Part shown: positions 10,367 through 18,229 of the stretch, piece after piece
How the letters are laid out: each line of letters begins with the position of its first letter
How positions within the stretch are numbered: the first letter of the stretch is position 1
Assembly: GCA_023245335.1 (NCBI GenBank)
Contig: JAHFKK010000001.1
Span: 299,282-363,281 of the forward strand
DNA: 64,000 bases
From: Candidatus Gottesmanbacteria bacterium
GTDB lineage: Bacteria > Patescibacteriota > Microgenomatia > UBA10105 > UBA927
Direction of reading: 5' to 3'
Translations under genes and position numbers: made by a program
Notes under the pieces: model-generated
Database searches by the model: none
Told to the model about the DNA's origin: nothing
The model's input: the letters and a program-made list of their open reading frames with translations, nothing else

Positions 10367-10990
10367 ATGGCATCCCGGAAAGCAAAAAAAGCATCCTCGT
10401 CGTTTAACTATGCCAGCATCGCGATTTCCGGCCCTCCGGGAGCGGGAAGGTCCACACTCCTTAAGAATCTCCGACCGTATTTAGAGACTATCGGATGGGA
10501 TTTTTTTTCCGGTGGGGAATGGAGTAGGAAATACGCCATAGATAACGGCATGCACGATCCCCGTGATCCCAAGCACCATTTAGCTACGGACTATGGCGAT
10601 GATGTGGACAACGAGATAGACGCAGCGATGCGTAAAAAAATTTCCGATCCGAACGTGCATATGGCGATCGAAAGCTGGATTGCCGGATGGAATGCGCGGG
10701 GTATTCCGCACGTACTGAAAGTATTACTCATGTGTGATGATTCACTCCGGATCGATCGCATCGTCAACCGCGATGACGTGTCTGTTGAGGAAGCGAAATT
10801 GCATTTGCGTCAGCGGGAAGAGGCAAATCTGACGAAATGGAAGCGGATGTATAATACTGAAGATTTTTGGCATCCCAAACATTATGACCTCATTATAAAT
10901 ACATACTCCCACGGCCCCGCCCAGACGCTCGAAATCGTACTTCAGGCGCTCGGGTATTACAAAATTAACGGCCAGCCGAAGAGTAAATAG
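10367..10990 (+). CDS. P-loop nucleotide kinase-like protein (cytidylate-kinase-like family)
   Basis: Walker A ISGPPGAGRST; about 207 aa. Confidence 0.5.
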   Translation: MASRKAKKASSSFNYASIAISGPPGAGRSTLLKNLRPYLETIGWDFFSGGEWSRKYAIDNGMHDPRDPKHHLATDYGDDVDNEIDAAMRKKISDPNVHMAIESWIAGWNARGIPHVLKVLLMCDDSLRIDRIVNRDDVSVEEAKLHLRQREEANLTKWKRMYNTEDFWHPKHYDLIINTYSHGPAQTLEIVLQALGYYKINGQPKSK

Positions 10991-11006
10991 GTGGTCCGGT
11001 TGATCT

Positions 11007-12185
11007 ATGAAGCAGCGGAAGATATTCGGTTTTCCCTCAAACGTATTTTTCCTTTCTGTGGTGTCGCTTTTTAACGATATCGGCGGCGAGACGATTAAAA
11101 AAACCATCCCGTTATATTTAGCAAACGTCCTCGGAATACCCGCCACCATTATAGGACTCATCGAAGGTGTCGCGAGTGCGACGCCTCAATTATTGCAGCC
11201 GGTTTCGGGTTATTTGTCGGACGTGACGCATGCCCGAAAGCCATTGGTTGTTATAGGTCAGGCGTTGCGATCTGCCATGGTAGCGCTTTTTTGGGCGACG
11301 TCCTGGCCGAGTATATTCATTATCCGTTTATTGGATCGTGGGGGAAAGGGTATTGCTGAAGCCCCCCGTGATGCATTAGTTTCCAGCTCGGCGGAGAAAG
11401 GACATGTCGGAAAAGCTTTTGGTCTCACGAGAATGTTTGATAACGCGGGTGCCGTTATCGGTTTATTGCTCGCAAGCGTCATAGTCTGGTACACCGCGCA
11501 TGCGACGGTGACGCTGACTACCTCGCTTTTCCATTCGATAGTTTTACTATCGGTTATCCCACTTTTACTGAATATCGGAATATTGGCAGTATTAGTCCAT
11601 GATGTGCCAAAAAACAGGGACGACATATCTACGGAGAAGCGGAAAGGATTGGGGCCGGTATTCTACCGATTTTTTGCCCTATCGATCCTTTTTACGATCG
11701 GAAATTCGTCTGACGCATTCATAATTTTACAGTCACAGAGGACCGGGCTTGCGGTTTGGGCGATATTTCTCTTGCTCGCAGGGTATAGTCTGACGTCGTC
11801 ACTTTCTGCAGTGCCGCTTTCCGCCCTGTCCGACAGGTTGGGAAGGAGAACGCTTCTTATCATAGGATGGTTATATTACGCGGTCATCTATTATGTCCTT
11901 GCCGTGGTCAAAACACCACTCGCCGTCTCCATAACCGTGCTTATGTACGGTATTTATTATGGTTTCACCGAAGGGAGTGCGCGTGCCTATATTGCTGATT
12001 TGGTTCCAACCCGCCTTCGGGGTACGGCGTACGGTTTGTATAACATGGGAACGGGGATAGCTCTTTTTGCCGCTTCCCTCATCGCAGGGTACTTATGGCA
12101 GGCTATTTCTCCGTCTGCCACATTCTATTTCGGAAGTGTAGCCGCGGTTCTTGCGGGACTTGGGTTGCTTTTTGTCGTGCATTAA
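11007..12185 (+). CDS. MFS transporter
   Basis: About 12 predicted hydrophobic helices; 392 aa. Confidence 0.75.
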   Translation: MKQRKIFGFPSNVFFLSVVSLFNDIGGETIKKTIPLYLANVLGIPATIIGLIEGVASATPQLLQPVSGYLSDVTHARKPLVVIGQALRSAMVALFWATSWPSIFIIRLLDRGGKGIAEAPRDALVSSSAEKGHVGKAFGLTRMFDNAGAVIGLLLASVIVWYTAHATVTLTTSLFHSIVLLSVIPLLLNIGILAVLVHDVPKNRDDISTEKRKGLGPVFYRFFALSILFTIGNSSDAFIILQSQRTGLAVWAIFLLLAGYSLTSSLSAVPLSALSDRLGRRTLLIIGWLYYAVIYYVLAVVKTPLAVSITVLMYGIYYGFTEGSARAYIADLVPTRLRGTAYGLYNMGTGIALFAASLIAGYLWQAISPSATFYFGSVAAVLAGLGLLFVVH

Positions 12186-12208
12186 TCCGTAGGTCTTTCA
12201 TTATATAT

Positions 12209-12781
12209 ATGATTCCGACACCAAATGAGGCGAAGGTATTGTGGGAAGACTATTCGCTTCCGGACACCAAGCGTAATCATTGTCTTTGGGTGGCTCATCT
12301 TGCCGTGTGGTTTGCCCGGAAGATTTCGTCACAGGGAGTCTCAGTAGATGCCGGTCTTCTCGAAGTTGCAGCGCTCCTTCATGATGTTGATAAAGCTATC
12401 CCGCGACTCACAGGTGAGCGGCATCCGGACACGGCTGTCCGCATACTACGGGAGCGGGGGATGGGAGAGGTTGCGGACCTGGTCAGAACACACCCTCTTC
12501 ATGCGATACTCGATCAAAACCTGTCACCCAAATCTTGGGAAGAAAAAATTCTCTACCTTTCCGATAAGATGGTCAAACATACAATCATTACGGTTGACGA
12601 ACGGTTTGCCTTATGGCGGGCGGAGCATCTCCCGCCAGCTGCAATCTCGGAATTAGACGCTGCATACCCATTGGTAAAATTGCTTGAGAATGAACTGTGT
12701 TCATTCATAGGGATGCAGCCTTCGGATGTGGTAAAACTTGCATCAAAAGATGAAACGAGTACAATGAATTCACCCGTATAA
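12209..12781 (+). CDS. HD-domain phosphohydrolase
   Basis: H..LLHDVDK motif. The internal start at 12209 avoids overlap with the MFS gene. Confidence 0.7.
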   Translation: MIPTPNEAKVLWEDYSLPDTKRNHCLWVAHLAVWFARKISSQGVSVDAGLLEVAALLHDVDKAIPRLTGERHPDTAVRILRERGMGEVADLVRTHPLHAILDQNLSPKSWEEKILYLSDKMVKHTIITVDERFALWRAEHLPPAAISELDAAYPLVKLLENELCSFIGMQPSDVVKLASKDETSTMNSPV

Positions 12782-12791
12782 GGAGGAACTC

Positions 12792-13361
12792 ATGAAAAAA
12801 TATATATCATACGTTTCCGTATTCCTGGTTATCTTTTTTTCCGTTCCACTTCTTACATCCGTTTTTCATGAGACCGTGGTAGCCGCAATGGCAAAAGTTA
12901 CGACGACAGCCAAGGCCCCGGTACCGACGCCGACAGTAGCCCCTTCCCGTGTAGAGTATTCATTGCCCTACCCCGGTATACTTCCGGACAATCCACTCTA
13001 TGTATTGAAAACATTTCGGGATAAGATCATCGAGTTGCTCGTATCCGATCCCATCAATAAAGCTGAGTTTTACATCCTTCAGGCAGATAAAAAACTGAAT
13101 ATGAGCATTGCATTAACCGGAAAAGGTAAATCCGCAGAGGCACAGGAGATGATGGCGCAGGCGTTGATCGCACGGACCCAAGCGGTCACGTTACTGGAAA
13201 CAACCGCACAGTCGGGGAGAGTGATACCTGATTTTGTTCTGGAGAAGTTGACGTTATCATTGAAAAAACATCAAGAAGTGCTCGCAGACATGAAGCAAAA
13301 CGTTGACGCGGTAGCCACTCTTCTTGCGAAAGCAGAGAAGCTTATACCCCAGTCTAAGTAA
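12792..13361 (+). CDS. Secreted hypothetical protein with signal peptide and a YSLPYPGILPDNPLY motif
   Basis: N-terminal hydrophobic signal; AAGGAGG SD before the ATG. Confidence 0.5.
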   Translation: MKKYISYVSVFLVIFFSVPLLTSVFHETVVAAMAKVTTTAKAPVPTPTVAPSRVEYSLPYPGILPDNPLYVLKTFRDKIIELLVSDPINKAEFYILQADKKLNMSIALTGKGKSAEAQEMMAQALIARTQAVTLLETTAQSGRVIPDFVLEKLTLSLKKHQEVLADMKQNVDAVATLLAKAEKLIPQSK

Positions 13362-13572
13362 GTTCTGTGTCCGAATATCGGAGGGAAGCCCACTTTGGCA
13401 GTCCGTCTAACTCCCTTGTTTCCTAGCCTTCTGCATACAGAAGCTGTTCAGGGAAGAAAAGATAATCGGCTCGATCTGAAAGAATGCTGTATTTTCACCG
13501 TACTTTTCCCTCATATAATTACGAACGAGGCTAGCGTGAAACCTTTGGATATTTTGATATAGAAGTTGCCAG

Positions 13573-13601
13573 TTGACTCCCCACGATTAGTGTCTTAGGA
13601 T
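13573..13601 (+). promoter_or_regulatory. Candidate promoter TTGACT-N17-TAGGAT for the nrdR-nrdJ operon, followed by NrdR-box-like sites
   Basis: Sequence reading only. Confidence 0.35.
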
Positions 13602-13640
13602 TTTGATTGGCACAACATATAGTGCCTTTTATTTTCACGG

Positions 13641-14096
13641 ATGAAGTGTCCATATTGCACGAATACTGATACAGAAGTCATCGAAACGAGGGACAGCGAA
13701 GATCTGGCAGTCACACGCAGGCGTCGTACCTGTGCCAAGTGCGGGAAGAGATTTACGACGTACGAACGGATAGAGTCGATGCTTTTGACCGTTATAAAGA
13801 AAGACTCACGAAGAGAGCCATTTGATCGGGACAAACTCGCACGCGGTATTTGGCGGGCAAGCGGAAAAACGATGATTAAGGCAGAAGACGTGCGCCGGGT
13901 CGTCGACGAAGTAGAGCGAGAACTTATAGGCGGCAACACGACGGAAATTAAAAGCAAAAAAATAGGAGAACTGGTTGCTAAGAGGTTGAAAAAAATAGAT
14001 AAGATAGCGTATATCCGGTTTGCAAGCGTGTTTCGGCACTTTGTAGACCTGGAGGATTTCGAGGGAGAATTAAAAAAGTTGATTAAAAAGAAGTAA
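13641..14096 (+). CDS. nrdR: Transcriptional repressor NrdR
   Basis: MKCPYC..CAKCGKRF zinc ribbon followed by an ATP-cone domain; 151 aa. Confidence 0.9.
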   Translation: MKCPYCTNTDTEVIETRDSEDLAVTRRRRTCAKCGKRFTTYERIESMLLTVIKKDSRREPFDRDKLARGIWRASGKTMIKAEDVRRVVDEVERELIGGNTTEIKSKKIGELVAKRLKKIDKIAYIRFASVFRHFVDLEDFEGELKKLIKKK

Positions 14097-14099
14097 CGT

Positions 14100-16574
14100 A
14101 TGGATAATTTTACCGGTATCCGCCAAACAGTATTTGCAGACCGCTACGCACTAAAAAATGAAGCAGGTACCGCTATTGAACAAACCCCAGAAGAAATGTG
14201 GCATCGAGTCGCCCGCGCTATCGCTAAGGTAGAAAAAAAGGCAGATAGGGCGAAGTGGGAGGACGAATTTTACGAAGCCATGAAAGACTTCGTGTTGGTG
14301 CCGGGCGGGCGGATTCTTTCCGGAGCCGGTACGGGGTATAAGGTCACGTTCTACAATTGTTTTGTCATTCCGAGTCCCCATGATTCCCGTCAAGGAATCC
14401 TTACAACACTCTCGCAGATGGTTGAGATCATGTCGAGAGGCGGAGGAGTCGGTATAAACCTTTCGAGTTTGCGTCCGAGAGGTTCGCGGGTGCGGAAAGT
14501 AAACGGGTTTTCTTCCGGTCCGTGTAATTGGGCGGAGCTTTTTTCCGTCGCGACACGCGATATCATCCAGCAGGGCGGGAGTAGGCGCGGGGCGCTCATG
14601 CTCATGCTCTGGGATTGGCATCCGGATGTCGAAGAATTTATCACAGTAAAACAGGATCTCGCCAGGATAAATGGTGCTAATTTGTCCGTGTGTGTTTCGG
14701 ACGAATTTATGACCGCGGTCAAAAACGATGCCGACTGGGATCTCAAGTTTCCGGATACGCATGATCCGGACTACGACACGAAATGGGATGGGTATTTGCC
14801 GAACTGGATAGCACTAGGGAAAACGCCGATCGTCAAAAAAACCATCAAGGCACGTGCGCTGTGGGATTTGGTCGCAACCGCCGCATGGAAAAGCGCAGAG
14901 CCGGGTGTCGTTTTCATGGAGCGCTACAATAAATGGTTTAACAATAATTATTTTGAGTACGTCAATTGTGTGAATCCCTGCGGCGAGGAAGGATTGCCGA
15001 ACTGGGGTGTGTGTAACCTCACATCCATCAATTTATCTTCGTTGGTCAACGAGAACGGCGAGATGGATTTCGAACGACTCGCGCGCATAGCCAAAGTGGG
15101 CGTCCGGTTCCAGGACGATATCATAAATGCAGACACGTACATTTTTGACCAGATTAGAAAAGTGCAACTTCAGGGAGAGCGGCGGATAGGATTGGGGACC
15201 ATGGGACTCGGAGATGCGCTTATCAAAATGAAACTACGGTACGGTTCCGAAGAAAGTTTGGACGTGATCGACAAAATTTACCGGACCATACGGGATGCGG
15301 CATATGAGTCATCCATCAATCTCGCGAAAGAAAAGGGTCCGTTCCCGAAGATAAATAAGACGAAGCATGTCGCGGGATACTTCATACGCCAACTGCCGGA
15401 ACGTCTTAAGAAACAGATGAAGAAATACGGCGTCCGTAATTCGATGGTACTTCAGCAGGCGCCGACCGGCTCAACCTCGCTCATGGCCGGTGTGTCATCC
15501 GGAATTGAACCTGTTTACGAATTCGAATTTTTGCGCCGGGACCGGTTGGGCGAGCACACACTCCGACACCCGTTGTACGATGCGTGGTTTGAGTCGTTTA
15601 AAGAAAAAAACGGCCGTGAACCCACCAAAGAAGAACGGCCTGATTATTTCGTTTCCGCAAATGATCTCAGTCCGGAAGACCACGTCCGCGTCCAGGCGAT
15701 GATTCAAAAGTATGTTGATGCATCGATCAGTAAAACCGTCAACGCACCCCGTACACACACGGTAGAAGACGTGAAGCGTTTGTATACGCTTGCGTACGAC
15801 TTGGGATGTAAAGGGATAGCGTACATGCGGGAAGGAAGCCGCGAAGGGGTTCTCGTACGTAAAGAAGAAGCGCCGAAGGTAGAAGTGAAGCAGGAAGCCG
15901 TGATGTTGCCGGAAGTAAAGCCCCGACCTGCGGTCGTGCACGGATCGACCTACCAGATGGAAACTCCGATGGGACAGGCATATATCACGATCAACACAAA
16001 CGGCGGAGGACATCCCCACGAGTTGTTTGTCAATGTCGGTAAAGCCGGAAGCGATGTCACCGCCATGGCAGAAGCATTAGGGCGGCTCATATCGCTCATC
16101 CTTCGTATATCATCACCGATTTCACCCACGGAACGGATCCACAAAGTAGCGGCAGAGCTTATCGGTATCGGCGGCGCCCGAAGCCTTGGTTTTGGAGAAA
16201 ATCGTGTCAGGAGTCTGCCGGACGCTATAGCGAAAGCCATTGATAGGCATTTCGGATTTTTCAAAAAGCAACACGTTGATAGTCTTGTGGTAACTCCCGG
16301 GGCCGGGGATGGGATGATGACGAACGGTCATACCAATGGGAACGGGAATGGAAACGGTCATGCGGCTGCGATTCTTTTGAATGGTCACACCAACGGACAT
16401 ACTATACCTACGGAATCAGCAACGACTCCCGTAATCCCGACACCGCAACACGCATTTATCGCGACTTCCCCCCGTATGGTGACCGTCGATCTCTGTCCGA
16501 GCTGCGGCGAGGGAAGCCTGGTGTTTGAGGAATCCTGCAAAAAGTGTTACAGCTGCGGATACTCCGAATGTTAG
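14100..16574 (+). CDS. nrdJ: Class II (adenosylcobalamin-dependent) ribonucleotide reductase
   Basis: 824 aa with the NPCGE active-site motif, an (NGH)n low-complexity insert and a C-terminal Cys4 zinc ribbon. Adjacent nrdR and the downstream PduO-type adenosyltransferase support the B12-dependent class. Confidence 0.8.
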   Translation: MDNFTGIRQTVFADRYALKNEAGTAIEQTPEEMWHRVARAIAKVEKKADRAKWEDEFYEAMKDFVLVPGGRILSGAGTGYKVTFYNCFVIPSPHDSRQGILTTLSQMVEIMSRGGGVGINLSSLRPRGSRVRKVNGFSSGPCNWAELFSVATRDIIQQGGSRRGALMLMLWDWHPDVEEFITVKQDLARINGANLSVCVSDEFMTAVKNDADWDLKFPDTHDPDYDTKWDGYLPNWIALGKTPIVKKTIKARALWDLVATAAWKSAEPGVVFMERYNKWFNNNYFEYVNCVNPCGEEGLPNWGVCNLTSINLSSLVNENGEMDFERLARIAKVGVRFQDDIINADTYIFDQIRKVQLQGERRIGLGTMGLGDALIKMKLRYGSEESLDVIDKIYRTIRDAAYESSINLAKEKGPFPKINKTKHVAGYFIRQLPERLKKQMKKYGVRNSMVLQQAPTGSTSLMAGVSSGIEPVYEFEFLRRDRLGEHTLRHPLYDAWFESFKEKNGREPTKEERPDYFVSANDLSPEDHVRVQAMIQKYVDASISKTVNAPRTHTVEDVKRLYTLAYDLGCKGIAYMREGSREGVLVRKEEAPKVEVKQEAVMLPEVKPRPAVVHGSTYQMETPMGQAYITINTNGGGHPHELFVNVGKAGSDVTAMAEALGRLISLILRISSPISPTERIHKVAAELIGIGGARSLGFGENRVRSLPDAIAKAIDRHFGFFKKQHVDSLVVTPGAGDGMMTNGHTNGNGNGNGHAAAILLNGHTNGHTIPTESATTPVIPTPQHAFIATSPRMVTVDLCPSCGEGSLVFEESCKKCYSCGYSEC

Positions 16575-16586
16575 GATAACTATCAT

Positions 16587-17168
16587 ATGCCCATCTATAC
16601 CCGTACCGGGGACTCCGGTTCCACGTCGCTTTTTGGCGGTAAACGCGTCCTCAAATGCGAGGAGCTTGTCGATGTGTATGGATCTATCGATGAACTGAAT
16701 TCCTGGATCGGACGCATCGGGTCAGAACTTGAGTCTCTTGACGTGCAGCAGTTTTTAGCTGCCATACAATCAGATCTTTTTACCGTCGGCAGCCACCTTG
16801 CCGGTTGGAAGACGGATCTTTCTGTTTTACCAAAACGGGTGAAAGAAATGGAAGCGCGCATTGATATTTTGGAAACATCACTCCCGGCACTCAAGAATTT
16901 TATTCTCCCCGGAGGGACGCCGCTCGCTTCGGAAATCCATTTGGCGCGGGCTGTCTGTCGCAGGGTAGAACGGCAAACCGTCGCGTTAGGTCAAAAACCC
17001 TCCTCCGCTAAAGCTTCGACGGGCAGGCAGGAGGTCGACCCCAGAATTCTTGAGTATCTCAACCGATTGTCGGATCTTCTTTTTATGCTCGCACGATTCG
17101 TCAATAAAGAAGAAGGAATTGTAGAAACAGTGTGGAGCGGTATTGACCGCAACCAGAAAAAGAAGTAA
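16587..17168 (+). CDS. ATP:cob(I)alamin adenosyltransferase, PduO type
   Basis: The N-terminal MPIYTRTGDSGSTSL motif is characteristic. Confidence 0.8.
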   Translation: MPIYTRTGDSGSTSLFGGKRVLKCEELVDVYGSIDELNSWIGRIGSELESLDVQQFLAAIQSDLFTVGSHLAGWKTDLSVLPKRVKEMEARIDILETSLPALKNFILPGGTPLASEIHLARAVCRRVERQTVALGQKPSSAKASTGRQEVDPRILEYLNRLSDLLFMLARFVNKEEGIVETVWSGIDRNQKKK

Positions 17169-17185
17169 AAGTAGCTACGTAGAGA

Positions 17186-17270
17186 TTTGAGGAACGCTGT
17201 GTAATTCAGCGACTGTGCCGCAACGGTAACCCGTCTCGACTCGAGGCTGGAAGTCCGGAACTCCCCTCTA
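17186..17270 (+). promoter_or_regulatory. Candidate compact cobalamin-riboswitch-like element upstream of the DUF4430 gene
   Basis: Ordered partial matches to cobalamin aptamer elements: GAGGAA..GCUGUGUAAUUCAGC (GGUG..AA..CC-like hairpin), GCGACUGUG (cf. GCCACUG), and AGUCCGGAACUCCCC (B12-box-like). The CUCCCC run could pair with the AGGAGA SD at 17285-17290. Weak and unverified. Confidence 0.3.
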
Positions 17271-17293
17271 CGCATATCCCGAGCAGGAGATTT

Positions 17294-17713
17294 ATGAAAA
17301 AGATATATGCCGTCATTGCGGCGGTCCTCATTATAATAGGTATTGAAGTTTTCCGTGCGCGTATTCCTTCCGTACCGAACCATCAGACTTCCATTTCTTC
17401 GACTATTTCTCCCGCGCCCATAGTTTCAGTCGTTATAGATGATAGCACGCATATCGCCACATATTCGGCGGTAATGGCTGTGACTCCGTATGCTTCGTTG
17501 CAGGCGGTTATGGATGAGTTACATATACCGGTCACCGTCAAACGGTATGACTTTGGTGTTTTTGTCGACGGAGTGGGCGACAAAAAAAATACAAGTGATC
17601 GGGCTTGGATATATTTTGTGAATGGAATTTCAGGTAATGTCGCTTCCGATGAGATGAAATTACACGCGGGAGACGCCGTCACGTGGCGGTATATGAAGCC
17701 CGCAATGGAGTAA
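17294..17713 (+). CDS. DUF4430-like (transcobalamin/intrinsic-factor beta-domain-like) membrane-anchored protein, putative B12 binder
   Basis: N-terminal TM. C-terminal W.YFVNG...L..GD.V.W.Y pattern (AWIYFVNGISGNVASDEMKLHAGDAVTWRY). Confidence 0.55.
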   Translation: MKKIYAVIAAVLIIIGIEVFRARIPSVPNHQTSISSTISPAPIVSVVIDDSTHIATYSAVMAVTPYASLQAVMDELHIPVTVKRYDFGVFVDGVGDKKNTSDRAWIYFVNGISGNVASDEMKLHAGDAVTWRYMKPAME

Positions 17714-17717
17714 AACT

Positions 17718-18224
17718 ATGTTAGAGCTCGTCGTCCTTACAGCTATTGGTGTCATGTCGCGTTTGTTGCCGCACGTGCCGAACTTTACGGCGGTCGGAGG
17801 AATCGGACTTTTTTCGGGGGCCCGATATGGGGTGAAGAAAGGTCTCGTTGTGACAGGCGTCACCATGTTTATTTCCGATGCGATTGTAGGATTTCATCCG
17901 TTGGTATGGGCGACGTACGGAAGTTTGCTCGCTTCGGTTTTGCTGGGCGCGGCTTTCCTGAAGCGGCGTGATGGCTATCGCATTGCTGCATTCACGATCG
18001 GTTCCGGTTTGTTGTTTTTCATTGTGACGAATTTTGCCGTATGGGCGCAAGGACTGTGGTATCCGAAGACGGTAGCAGGACTTATAGACTGTTATGTGAT
18101 GGCGATCCCATTTTTACGCAATTCATTATCAGGAGATGCGTTTTATAGCGCTCTTCTCTTTGGTATAGAAGCGATAAGTGTTGTGAGGATTCGCCGTCCG
18201 TCAGGAGCGATAGAGGGCGCGTAA
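17718..18224 (+). CDS. Small polytopic membrane protein, possible ECF-type S component (CbrT-like) for cobalamin
   Basis: 168 aa with 4-5 hydrophobic helices. It abuts the DUF4430 gene by 4 nt. Context-based assignment. Confidence 0.4.
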   Translation: MLELVVLTAIGVMSRLLPHVPNFTAVGGIGLFSGARYGVKKGLVVTGVTMFISDAIVGFHPLVWATYGSLLASVLLGAAFLKRRDGYRIAAFTIGSGLLFFIVTNFAVWAQGLWYPKTVAGLIDCYVMAIPFLRNSLSGDAFYSALLFGIEAISVVRIRRPSGAIEGA

Positions 18225-18229
18225 TTTGT

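Noticed and set aside
12095-12208. Upstream extension of the HD-domain ORF
   Set aside because: Would overlap the last 90 nt of the MFS transporter gene in another frame. The conserved HD domain begins after the internal ATG at 12209.
14151-14762. 203-aa and 118-aa minus-strand ORFs inside nrdJ
   Set aside because: Antisense shadow ORFs within a confidently identified RNR gene.
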